A stretch of DNA of 32,000 bases from Candidatus Nitrospira inopinata (GTDB lineage Bacteria > Nitrospirota > Nitrospiria > Nitrospirales > Nitrospiraceae). Position numbers and translations under genes: made by a program. The stretch lies in assembly GCF_001458695.1 (NCBI RefSeq), contig NZ_LN885086.1, positions 2,670,001 through 2,702,000 of the forward strand, in the 5' to 3' direction. The notes under the pieces were generated by a model that was not told the DNA's origin, did no database searches, and worked only from the letters and a program-made list of their open reading frames with translations. Shown piece after piece: positions 18,640 through 26,751 of this stretch; the first letter of the stretch is position 1, and every line of letters starts with the position of its first letter.

Positions 18640-19859
18640 TTGGTGGGATCCCATCGATGGTCCTCTTCCACTGCATTCATCAGGCGTTCGAAAATATCGG
18701 GAACCGCCGCCGCCACTCGGCTCCAATTGGAAATCATCGGGACTCCCAACGGGTCCTTTTGGAACACGTCCGAGGCCAGTTTGATTCCTTTGAGGAACGT
18801 CTCGACGGCGGTTCTCTCGGCGTGTCGGTCGAACTTCAAACTGTTGATGGCCGCGCTGTCTTCGTACCGGCGAATGGCCTCCTCGGCCAATCGGAGATAG
18901 GTGGCCCGCAACGTCTTCAGCTCCGCGTCGCCGAGCACCACTCCCAGGCTGGACAAATGGCGGAACAACGACTTCGAAATATCCACCGTCATCTTGAGGA
19001 GGCCCTTTTCGGGATCATCGGAGGACAGCATCTGATGCTTGTGCTCGTAGGCGTCCGCGATGTCCGCCTGACAGACGCGCCGCAACGCGCAATTGCGAAA
19101 GACTTCGGCCAGAATCCCGATTTCCAACCCCCAATCGCCCGGAATCCGATTGACCCATGCCAGATCGCGCACCATGGCGAATTCCCCCGCAAGCGGATAG
19201 CGGAAACTGTCCAAAAACGTCAGCAACGGCTGGTCTCCCACCAGTTGCTGCAACGAGCGAATGACCGGCGTGAAAAACAGTCTGGTCACGCGCCCGTGCA
19301 ACCGATCCGTGACGCGACTGTAATAGCCTTTGCAGAACTCATAGCCTAAATTGGGATTGGCCACCGGATAACACAACCGCGCCAGGTATTCCCTCCTGTA
19401 GCTCACGATGTCGCAGTCGTGCAGGGCGATCACCTGGCTTTGACGGCGGGCCAGCACATACCCGAAGGCGAGCCAGCATGATTGCCCCTTCCCCGGCAAT
19501 CCGACGTCGATTTCCCGCTCAACCAACGTTTTCAGAAGATCTTGAATGCGCGCGCCGTCGATCCAAACGAGCCGAACGAATTGCGGGAGTGCCTTGAAGT
19601 AGTCCCTGGCGCGACGAAATTCAAGAGGCGAGGCGCGTCCCAGCGCGACCACGATCTCATTCAGATACGATACCCGCTTCAATTCCGCCACGATCCCGGA
19701 CAGCGCGGGCCCCTCAAGCTCGGAATAGAGACACGGCAACACCAACGCAATAGGGTTGACGGTACGATACTGTTCGAGCTCGTGTTCCAGCCGATCCACG
19801 TTGGGAGAACCCAGGCGATGGAGCACGCTGACCACTCCGTTTTGAAAGAAATCCGCCAT
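18636..19859 (-). CDS. glucosyl-3-phosphoglycerate synthase-like retaining glycosyltransferase (GT81-type; mannosyl-3-phosphoglycerate synthase not excluded)
   Basis: 407 aa. N-terminus MADFFQNGVVSVLHRL, GLPGKGQSCWLAFGY, ALHDCDI (DxD) and HGRVTRLFFTPVIRSL resemble GpgS-type motifs (GKG..W, D.D, GRVTEL..RPL). SD GAGAGG lies 8-13 nt upstream of ATG 19859. Assigned from memory, not a search. Confidence 0.6.
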   Translation of the reverse strand: MADFFQNGVVSVLHRLGSPNVDRLEHELEQYRTVNPIALVLPCLYSELEGPALSGIVAELKRVSYLNEIVVALGRASPLEFRRARDYFKALPQFVRLVWIDGARIQDLLKTLVEREIDVGLPGKGQSCWLAFGYVLARRQSQVIALHDCDIVSYRREYLARLCYPVANPNLGYEFCKGYYSRVTDRLHGRVTRLFFTPVIRSLQQLVGDQPLLTFLDSFRYPLAGEFAMVRDLAWVNRIPGDWGLEIGILAEVFRNCALRRVCQADIADAYEHKHQMLSSDDPEKGLLKMTVDISKSLFRHLSSLGVVLGDAELKTLRATYLRLAEEAIRRYEDSAAINSLKFDRHAERTAVETFLKGIKLASDVFQKDPLGVPMISNWSRVAAAVPDIFERLMNAVEEDHRWDPTK

Positions 19860-20132
19860 GTGATTTTCCTCTCAACTGTTTCAATCGCTTTTCCGTGAGA
19901 CCGAACGCCGCGGCTCATTCGCTCGGAGAGCCAGCATCGCATAATTATCGAGCCGATCCCAGTCTGATTTGTACCTCTCTCTCTAAGGACATTTCAAATT
20001 CATCCCGCCGTTCGAGAAGCGGAAACGTGAGCCCTCCCTTTTATCAATTCGTTCCGTCGTCTAAAATCACCAGGCACGCGCCGCTTTGCGCGTAGAATGG
20101 GTTGCAAGGCGACCCGACGATGATGAAGGGTG

Positions 20133-20972
20133 ATGAGTAAGAACGGAACATCTTCGTGGAGCATGGTCGTCTTTACGGACTTGGACGGCACTCTGTTGAA
20201 CAGCCGGACCTATCGATTCGACGAAGCGGGCGAGGCGTTGGATGCCCTGCATGCCCGCGGGATTCCGGTCGTTCTGGTTTCAAGCAAGACCAGGGCGGAG
20301 ATAGAGCCGATCCGCTCTCAACTGCGCAACGATCACCCCTTCATCGTGGAAAACGGAGGCGCCGTGTTTATTCCGGCAAAGTATTTCTCGTTCCCTCTTC
20401 CCGCCACCGGAGTTTCCGGTCCTTATCGCGTCGTCGAATTCGGTATGCCCTATCCTCTCCTCCGCAAAGCGTTGAAGGAGATCGAACGTGATGTCGGCCT
20501 GTCCCTCACTGGATACGGCGACTTGTCGGCTGATGACATTGCATCACGAACGGGCCTGTCCTCCAAGGAAGCGGCCTTGGCCAAACAACGAGAGTACGAC
20601 GAGCCGTTTTTCATCGAAGGAACCCACCGCGCCACCCCCGGGCTCGCGGCGGCCATCGAACGCCGCGGCCTGAACTGGACCACGGGGGATCGCTGCCATC
20701 ACTTAATGGGGTCTCAGGACAAGGGACGCGCCGTTCGCCGTCTCATTGAATACTACCGACAGGCCGCCGCGGACCATCACCATGGGCTCACGACGGTCGC
20801 CGTTGGAAACAGCCTCAATGATCTGCCGATGCTGGCTGCCGTGGACAAGCCCATCCTTGTCCGGCAAACGGACGGTTCCTATGCCGCCGGCGTCGATCTG
20901 CCCGGGCTTATTCACGCCCCCGCGCCTGGTCCGGTCGGGTGGAATCAGGCCATCCTTTCCTTGCTGCGTTGA
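20133..20972 (+). CDS. HAD-IIB phosphatase of the mannosyl-3-phosphoglycerate phosphatase (MPGP/YedP) family; candidate glucosyl/mannosyl-3-phosphoglycerate phosphatase
   Basis: VVFTDLDGTLL (HAD motif I), VVLVSSKT (motif II), ENGGAVFIP, GNSLNDLPML (motif IV). Length and layout resemble E. coli YedP and MpgP. Start is ATG 20133, or the GTG at 20130. Confidence 0.75.
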   Translation: MSKNGTSSWSMVVFTDLDGTLLNSRTYRFDEAGEALDALHARGIPVVLVSSKTRAEIEPIRSQLRNDHPFIVENGGAVFIPAKYFSFPLPATGVSGPYRVVEFGMPYPLLRKALKEIERDVGLSLTGYGDLSADDIASRTGLSSKEAALAKQREYDEPFFIEGTHRATPGLAAAIERRGLNWTTGDRCHHLMGSQDKGRAVRRLIEYYRQAAADHHHGLTTVAVGNSLNDLPMLAAVDKPILVRQTDGSYAAGVDLPGLIHAPAPGPVGWNQAILSLLR

Positions 20973-21128
20973 CGGGTTGTCCGATCGGCTTGCAAACCGG
21001 TTTGGAACACACCTGGGGGCGAGGCTCCCACGGTCCGTCCCTCTACCAGGCCTTTTCCCAAGGCAGAACAATTCGCCGAAGTCTTTCCTCCATTGCACCG
21101 ACGGCAGATCCAGGGAAAAGCGGGCGAC

Positions 21129-21917
21129 TTAGCGAAGTGTGCGCGTTGTTTCAGGCGTTCCGTCGAGACGGTGAACCAGAAACCGCAGCACGTCCTCCAC
21201 TTCGCTTTGATGCTTGACATAGTAGCGTGCCTGAGATTGGGGATGGTGCCCGACACGGACCCCCAGCGTCAGCCTGTCCCGCATGGCGAAGACCGTTTCG
21301 TCGGTCTCATCGTCTCCGATAAAAAACAGCCCCGTACAGTGGAGATGATTCATAAGGGCGAACGAAGCCTCTCCTTTTCCGGGGCTTCCGGGGGGAAGAA
21401 GGTTGATGGAAGCTTTGCCCGGTATCATTCGCGGAGAGGGAGTCAACCGCTCGGCTGCGTGAACCAACTCGCGTTCGACGGCGCCCGGCTCATCGACGCC
21501 TCGATAATGAAGAGTCAAACTATACCGTTTGTTTTCGATCACGACGCGGGCGTCGGCGAAAAACCGAGCCTTGGTTCCTTCCAGTTGTTTTACCCATCCC
21601 GAGCAGATGAGATCCATGTCGTTCAGCACGGCGGCCGGCGTCAGCGGACTTTCGGCTCCATGGTTTCCGATCAGATGGGGCACCGCTCCGTTGACGCGCG
21701 GCGCTAGGTCGTCGAGCGCCCTTCCCGACACCACGGCGCAGGGTACGCGCCGGGCCAGTTCCCGCAACCATTCGTGCATGGTCGGCGAAAGTTTGACGCT
21801 CCCGCGCTCGGAGGAGATTTTCGCCAGGGTCCCGTCAAAGTCGAACGCGTACAGTACGGACCGGTTGATCATCTTTCTGAGGGCGTCGCGCCCTTCGTCC
21901 GACAAGAGATAGGTCAT
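21129..21917 (-). CDS. otsB: trehalose-6-phosphate phosphatase
   Basis: ATG 21915-21917 overlaps the otsA stop TGA 21914-21916 (ATGA). YAFDFDGTLA (DxDGT), VVSGR, IGNHGAE and FIGDDETDE are OtsB/HAD-IIB motifs. The 69-aa upstream extension of the track ORF lies inside otsA in another frame, so I rejected it. Confidence 0.85.
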   Translation of the reverse strand: MTYLLSDEGRDALRKMINRSVLYAFDFDGTLAKISSERGSVKLSPTMHEWLRELARRVPCAVVSGRALDDLAPRVNGAVPHLIGNHGAESPLTPAAVLNDMDLICSGWVKQLEGTKARFFADARVVIENKRYSLTLHYRGVDEPGAVERELVHAAERLTPSPRMIPGKASINLLPPGSPGKGEASFALMNHLHCTGLFFIGDDETDETVFAMRDRLTLGVRVGHHPQSQARYYVKHQSEVEDVLRFLVHRLDGTPETTRTLR

Positions 21918-24163
21918 GTCTGTCCTCCGACCGTCGTCTCGATGCTCCGGCCGCCCATTTCTCGCGCGAGACGGGCCCGCTGTCTCATGCGGGCCGCGTC
22001 CATCAGCATCCGGCCCGCCCAGCGATACACGTTGAATTCCTGGACGATCCCGCGAAGGCTGCGCATTCTGGCCCGTTGCTCGACTCCGGACATCGTCAAG
22101 GCAACGTGCATGGCGGCCGCGCATTGATCGATGTTGTAAGGATTGACGATCAGCGCTTCCACCAACTCAGCCGCCGCTCCGGTAAACTGGCTCAGAATCA
22201 ACACCCCCTGCTCGTCGTCCCTTGCGGCGACGAATTCCTTGGCGACCAGATTCATGCCGTCGTGCAGGCTGCTCACGATGCACAAGTCGGCAGCCCGATA
22301 ATACAGGGTGATCTGTTCCGGCTCATGGTGCTCGATCTTGAGAACGATCGGCCGATAGCCGTCACGGCCGAACCGTCGGTTGATGCGGTCCGCCGATGTC
22401 TGGACTTGCTGCTCCAGTTGTCGATACTCGTCGATCTTGGACCGGCTGGGAGCGGCCACTTGCAGGAACGAGAACCTGCCGATCCACTCCGGTTGAAGCT
22501 CGAGCAGCCGTTCGACCGCCAAGAATCGTTCGAGGATGCCCTTCGTATAATCCAACCGCTCGACGCCGACTCCCAATCGATGTCCATGAGGGAACCCATA
22601 CATCGCGCGGACGTGCGTTCGGCACGTCTCCACGGGCGGAGCCTGGGACAGCACTCGGCTCGGCCACTCAATGGAGATCGGATAGTGATTCACCGCCGTC
22701 AATTTGCCGCCGTATGAAACGGTGGCGCCGTCCCGGTCAATGCGGCTTTCCAACGATCTGTCTACCGTATCGATGAAATTGCTGCAATGAAATCGCGTGT
22801 GAAAACCGAGGATGCTGCTCCCCAACAGACCCTCCAGAATTTCACGATACCATGGACAGATCGCGTATCGCTCCGGATTGGGCCACGGAATGTGCCAAAA
22901 CGTAATGATCGTGGCGTTCGGCAGATGATCCCTCACGATTTTCGGTACGAGCGCGAGATGATAGTCCTGCACCAGGACGACGGGATTGTCCGTCTTGGCC
23001 TCCTCGACGATCGCCGCCGCAAACCGTTCGTTGATCTCTTTGTAGAGCCGCCAATCGGAAGAGCGGAAGATGGGCCGTACGTGAGCCAGATGGCACAGCG
23101 GCCAGAGCCCTTCGTTTGAAAACCCGTAGTAGTAGCCGTCTTCTTCCTCCGGCGTCATCCAGATCCGTCGAATCTCATAAGCCGGCGCCTCGGGCGGCAC
23201 CCGCACGTGATCCCGTTCATCGACGACCAGCCGGTCGGCACTCCCGCTGCCGTGCGCGATCCAAATTCCCGAACAGGCCCGCATGATCGGCTCCAAGGCC
23301 GTGACGAGCCCGCTGGCCGGCACCTGCACGCCGATGCGTTCTCCGTACCGAGTGTGAATGTACGGCTCCCTATTCGAAACGATCAGCACTTCGTCGCCGG
23401 CAAGATGATCGTGCAGGATGGACTTGAGCGTGGCCGGCTTCCAACTCAATTGGCTTTCGTCGCGCATGCGTTTGTCCGCCTGGAGTTCATGAATCATGGC
23501 ACGGAGATCCTGCGCCACGGGCTGCAGTTCCGGTGTTTGTCTCTGATCTTTGATCAAGCCGATCAACCCCTCGCCGCGCAGCATGCCCCGCACGCCTTCC
23601 ACCCATCCGCGCCAACTCAAATGCGCCACCACGACCGTCACGAGCGAAATCATGACCCCGATGCCCGCGAAGAGGTAGAACAGATACCACTTCGTGGCGC
23701 TGCTTCTCCGCTCGACCCAACTCATGTCATGAATGAGCAGAAGCCGCCCCAGCGAACGGCCCGCGTGGTCGATCCCCACGGCGGCCACATGCACGGGCCC
23801 CTGCGCCAGCCGCACGACGGCGGCGGGGCCGGACTTGAGCGCGACGGCCCGTTCGCACGTCATCGACGCTGGATAGGTTTGAGTTTTATAGATCAACTGA
23901 TTGTGCGGGTCGCAAAATCCGATGGCGAACAACCGTTCGTCTTGGATCACCCGCTGAAAGTAGGCCAGCAGCTTCGCCTTCGACTCCGACGTCAGCAGAT
24001 CGGTCAGCGGCCCCTCCATCGTGCCGGCAATCAATTGCGCCCGAATCTCTATATCGCGAACGAACCATTTCAACGTGAGGTTGTCGACCAACGGAATCAC
24101 GCCGTACGCGATGCCGGCCAGAACCACCATCAGGGGCAGAAGAAAACGAAGGGACAGGCGCAT
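21914..24163 (-). CDS. otsA: alpha,alpha-trehalose-phosphate synthase (GT20) with N-terminal two-TM extracytoplasmic module
   Basis: 749 aa. From about residue 258: [88 protein letters not shown], which are GT20 hallmarks. Residues 1-257 contain two hydrophobic helices (6-26, 159-183) flanking a ~130-aa hydrophilic segment. SD GAGAGGTG is upstream of ATG 24163. Confidence 0.9.
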   Translation of the reverse strand: MRLSLRFLLPLMVVLAGIAYGVIPLVDNLTLKWFVRDIEIRAQLIAGTMEGPLTDLLTSESKAKLLAYFQRVIQDERLFAIGFCDPHNQLIYKTQTYPASMTCERAVALKSGPAAVVRLAQGPVHVAAVGIDHAGRSLGRLLLIHDMSWVERRSSATKWYLFYLFAGIGVMISLVTVVVAHLSWRGWVEGVRGMLRGEGLIGLIKDQRQTPELQPVAQDLRAMIHELQADKRMRDESQLSWKPATLKSILHDHLAGDEVLIVSNREPYIHTRYGERIGVQVPASGLVTALEPIMRACSGIWIAHGSGSADRLVVDERDHVRVPPEAPAYEIRRIWMTPEEEDGYYYGFSNEGLWPLCHLAHVRPIFRSSDWRLYKEINERFAAAIVEEAKTDNPVVLVQDYHLALVPKIVRDHLPNATIITFWHIPWPNPERYAICPWYREILEGLLGSSILGFHTRFHCSNFIDTVDRSLESRIDRDGATVSYGGKLTAVNHYPISIEWPSRVLSQAPPVETCRTHVRAMYGFPHGHRLGVGVERLDYTKGILERFLAVERLLELQPEWIGRFSFLQVAAPSRSKIDEYRQLEQQVQTSADRINRRFGRDGYRPIVLKIEHHEPEQITLYYRAADLCIVSSLHDGMNLVAKEFVAARDDEQGVLILSQFTGAAAELVEALIVNPYNIDQCAAAMHVALTMSGVEQRARMRSLRGIVQEFNVYRWAGRMLMDAARMRQRARLAREMGGRSIETTVGGQT

Positions 24164-24176
24164 GGATCACCTCTCA

Positions 24177-24205
24177 TTTACTTCCAACGAGAAATCGCCT
24201 ATGGT
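24177..24205 (+). promoter_or_regulatory. candidate sigma70-type promoter giving a leaderless or near-leaderless GH15 mRNA
   Basis: TTTACT (24177-24182, 4/6 to TTGACA), 17-nt spacer, TATGGT (24200-24205, 4/6 to TATAAT). The A of ATG 24212 lies 7 nt after the -10 hexamer. No SD is visible before the ATG. The element sits inside the 48-bp otsA/GH15 intergenic region. Confidence 0.3.
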
Positions 24206-24211
24206 ACCGGC

Positions 24212-25996
24212 ATGTACCCCTATGGATTGGTGGGCAACTGCCAGACCTCGGCGCTCATCGGATTGAACGGGGCCGTCGAATGGATGTGCGCGCCGCGTCC
24301 GGACAGTCCTCCTCTCTTCGGACGCCTCCTTGATCCGGACGGTGGACACTTTGAAATCGCCAGCGCCGCTCCGATCGAGAGTGTGACGACCCGACAACAT
24401 TATCTACCCAACACCAACGTCCTCGTGACGACGTTCACCACCTCCCGCGGCGACGCGTTTCAAATCACGGACTTCTGCCCCCGTTTTGAACAGTACGGCC
24501 GCGTCTATCGGCCGACGGCGCTGTTCAGACTCGCCGAGCCGCTCCAAGGCACCCCCACCGTTCGCGTCAGTTGCCGCCCGGTCTCAGGATGGGACAAAAC
24601 GCCGGTGCAACCCCTTCGAGGCAGCAACCATTTGCGGTACGAAATTCGAGGCGAGCCGCTCCGACTGTTGACCAACATGCCGCTCACCTATCTGTGCGAA
24701 GAAACACCGGTGGCCTTGACTCAAAAATTTTACTTCGGCTTGACCTGGGGGCTCGGCATTGAAAACGATTTGGTCGCCGTGACCCATGACTTTCTGGAAC
24801 AAACGATACGCTACTGGCGCACGTGGGTCAAACACTGCTCGGTTCCGCTGCTGTATCAAAAAGAACTGATCCGCTCCGCGTTGGCGTTGAAGCTCCACTG
24901 CTTCGAGGACACGGGCGCGATCTTGGCCGCTCTGACGACGAGTCTTCCCGAACAGCCGGGCGGAAGTCGAAATTGGGACTACCGGTACTGCTGGCTGCGG
25001 GACGCCTACTTCGCCCTGACGGCGTTTCATAATCTTGGACACTTTGAAGAAATGGAGGCGTTCCTCAAGTTTCTGCTGAACATCGCGCACGCGCAAGAAG
25101 ACTCCCGCGATCGCCTGCGCCCCGTCTATACGTTGAGCCAAGGACTGCCTCTTCCGGAAATCGAACATGCCAACTGGGCCGGCTATCGAGGCAGCGTTCC
25201 GGTGCGCAGCCACAATCAGGCGTCCGATCAAGTTCAGAACGACGCCTATGGAGAAATGATCCTCGCGTTCACCCCCATCTTTTTCGATGAGCGCTTTATC
25301 GATTTGCGCACCCGCGATCTTGACGGGTTGCTGGCTCACCTGGCCGGATTGTGTGAGCGGAGCATCGGGCAGCCGGACGCGGGCCTCTGGGAAATCCGCC
25401 ACGCCTGGCAGGAACATTCATTCACTAACCTGCTCTGTTGGGCTGGACTTGAACGGTTGGAGCGCATCAAGCGGACCGGCCACCTGTCTTCTCTTTCTCT
25501 CAACGTCACGGCGGCCAGAATTCAGGCGGCTGAAGCCCTGCTTCGCGCCGTGCAGGATGACGCGGTCAGAAACGGTCCGTTCGATGCGAGCTATGACGCG
25601 GCGCTTGCGCACCTGCCGATCCTCGGTTACCCGAATCGTCGGCTTTGCGAAACGACCACATTGCAAATCGTCAGAAACCTGGCGTTTCCGGCGAGCGACC
25701 AAAAAACGGGGTTTTTCTATCGTTACGTGCGTGAAGACGATTTTGGGAAACCGGAGGCGGCGTTCGTCATTTGTTCATTTTGGATCGCACAGGCCCTGGC
25801 TCGTCTCGATCGAACGGCCGAGGCGAGAGCCATTCTGGACCACGTTCTTTCCTCCGCCAACCACGTGGGCCTGTTCTCCGAACATTTCATCCCTTCCACA
25901 CGCACCCAGTGCGGAAATTTTCCTCAAGCCTATTCCCATATCGGCCTCATCAACGCCGCCTTCGCCGTCAGCCCTCCCTGGAGCGAAATCCTCTGA
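24212..25996 (+). CDS. glycoside hydrolase family 15 (glucoamylase / trehalase type)
   Basis: 594 aa from ATG 24212 (MYPYGLVGNCQTSALIG...). SLPEQPGGSRNWDYRYCWLRDA is the GH15 signature (E..GG.RNWDYRY.W.RD), followed by an (alpha/alpha)6-barrel-type C-terminal half and C-terminal FPQAYSHIGLINAA. The 335-aa upstream part of the track ORF is antisense to otsA, so I rejected it. Confidence 0.85.
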   Translation: MYPYGLVGNCQTSALIGLNGAVEWMCAPRPDSPPLFGRLLDPDGGHFEIASAAPIESVTTRQHYLPNTNVLVTTFTTSRGDAFQITDFCPRFEQYGRVYRPTALFRLAEPLQGTPTVRVSCRPVSGWDKTPVQPLRGSNHLRYEIRGEPLRLLTNMPLTYLCEETPVALTQKFYFGLTWGLGIENDLVAVTHDFLEQTIRYWRTWVKHCSVPLLYQKELIRSALALKLHCFEDTGAILAALTTSLPEQPGGSRNWDYRYCWLRDAYFALTAFHNLGHFEEMEAFLKFLLNIAHAQEDSRDRLRPVYTLSQGLPLPEIEHANWAGYRGSVPVRSHNQASDQVQNDAYGEMILAFTPIFFDERFIDLRTRDLDGLLAHLAGLCERSIGQPDAGLWEIRHAWQEHSFTNLLCWAGLERLERIKRTGHLSSLSLNVTAARIQAAEALLRAVQDDAVRNGPFDASYDAALAHLPILGYPNRRLCETTTLQIVRNLAFPASDQKTGFFYRYVREDDFGKPEAAFVICSFWIAQALARLDRTAEARAILDHVLSSANHVGLFSEHFIPSTRTQCGNFPQAYSHIGLINAAFAVSPPWSEIL

Positions 25997-26121
25997 CCAC
26001 GCCGAATGTTCAGGAGCCCGATCCTGAAAGGCGAGGCGTCGTCGTACGACGGACGGCAGGGATCGCGTCATGGATGAGGACAGAATCTGCTTGAGAGCTG
26101 CGTTTCTCCATCGGCAGTCGA

Positions 26122-26667
26122 TCAGCCCTTCCCTTTGGACTGTGTTTTTTTCTCCGGCCCTTGCCATGTCACCCGCGCCAGCACGTCTTGATGCGCCCAA
26201 CTGGTGGTCACCCGACCTTTGTAGGCCTTGACCACTTCGCGCCCCAGCCGTTGCGCCAGTCGATCGCTCGTGGTCTGCACTTCCAAATCGTGCCCCACCC
26301 GTATGATTTTCATCACGCGCTCGAGCGGATTGACGGAAAGGGCTCGCTCTTCGACGTTGGCGATCAAGTTTCTGATTTCGGCTTCATGCTCTCGGAGGGC
26401 CGACCATTTCAGTGTCACGATGCCTTCCGGATAGTCGTCCCGGATTTTCTGGCAAGCAGGGCAAAGCACCGTGCGAGTGGAATGGGACGTCCACAACTCG
26501 CCGGCCTCGACACGATCAAGATACCACCGTTTGTTGGCGTAGATGGCATGACAGGAGCGGCAGATCACGGTTCCTTTTGGCGCCTTCAGCATTGCATAGG
26601 GATCTTGCTTGGGATGCGGCTTTTCTTTGTACGAGACCGTGTAGGACTTTCCTTTTCGAGTACTCAT
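26122..26667 (-). CDS. conserved hypothetical Zn-ribbon protein (two CxxC pairs), basic termini
   Basis: 181 aa. CRSC...(35 aa)...CPAC suggests a four-Cys zinc ribbon, followed by a ~110-aa alpha/beta-like domain. Lys-rich N- and C-termini. Layout is vaguely NMD3-N-terminal-like, but I cannot assign a family with certainty. Confidence 0.6.
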   Translation of the reverse strand: MSTRKGKSYTVSYKEKPHPKQDPYAMLKAPKGTVICRSCHAIYANKRWYLDRVEAGELWTSHSTRTVLCPACQKIRDDYPEGIVTLKWSALREHEAEIRNLIANVEERALSVNPLERVMKIIRVGHDLEVQTTSDRLAQRLGREVVKAYKGRVTTSWAHQDVLARVTWQGPEKKTQSKGKG

Positions 26668-26719
26668 GGGGGTTTTCTTCCTTTCTTTTTCTCTTTCTCC
26701 TCATCGGACGCGCGGCGTC

Positions 26720-26751
26720 AGCTTGCCCGATGAAAGAACCTTGGGCAAGCT
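26720..26751. promoter_or_regulatory. 9-bp perfect inverted repeat (AGCTTGCCC-N14-GGGCAAGCT) in the Zn-ribbon / M50 divergent region
   Basis: Arms at 26720-26728 and 26743-26751 are exact reverse complements. It lies 53-84 nt upstream of the Zn-ribbon ATG (minus strand) and ~230 nt upstream of the M50 ATG. Candidate operator or 5'-UTR hairpin. Confidence 0.3.

Noticed and set aside
4653-19349. Numerous long shadow ORFs antisense to, or out of frame with, annotated genes: 4653-5453 +, 6744-7814 +, 8052-8957 +, 9472-10767 -, 10997-12409 +, 12213-13070 +, 15782-16663 +, 17410-18618 +, 18657-19349 +. The same applies to 24584-25417 -.
   Set aside because: This is typical of GC-rich DNA, where stop codons are rare in non-coding frames. 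The translations are Arg/Pro/Gly/His-rich with no recognisable motifs, and each is fully covered by a gene with strong family motifs on the other strand or frame.
19860-20132. Specific divergent promoters in the 270-bp GpgS-like / phosphatase intergenic region: TAGAAT at 20093-20098 on the plus strand, GATAAT at 19944-19949 on the minus strand.
   Set aside because: The -10-like hexamers exist, but their -35 partners match consensus at 3/6 or fewer. The region surely contains promoters, but I cannot place them reliably by eye.
20993-21004. A 12-bp perfect palindrome CAAACCGGTTTG 21 nt after the phosphatase stop, as a possible terminator or operator.
   Set aside because: As a hairpin it would have a 4-bp AU-rich stem with a tetraloop and no U-tract. 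As an operator it sits in a convergent 3'-3' spacer with no promoter to control.
23207-24211. A 335-aa N-terminal extension of the GH15 ORF (track ORF 23207-25996).
   Set aside because: It is entirely antisense to the well-supported otsA coding region, has an Arg/His/Pro-rich composition, and the GH15 homology begins at MYPYGLVGNCQTSALIG (ATG 24212).
26009-26051. A hairpin TTCAGGA-GCCCGA-TCCTGAA (26009-26028) and a palindrome CGTCGTACGACG (26040-26051) between the convergent GH15 and Zn-ribbon genes, as possible terminators.
   Set aside because: Neither is followed by a U-tract on either strand, and the stems are short. They may still pause transcription, but there is insufficient evidence to annotate them as terminators.
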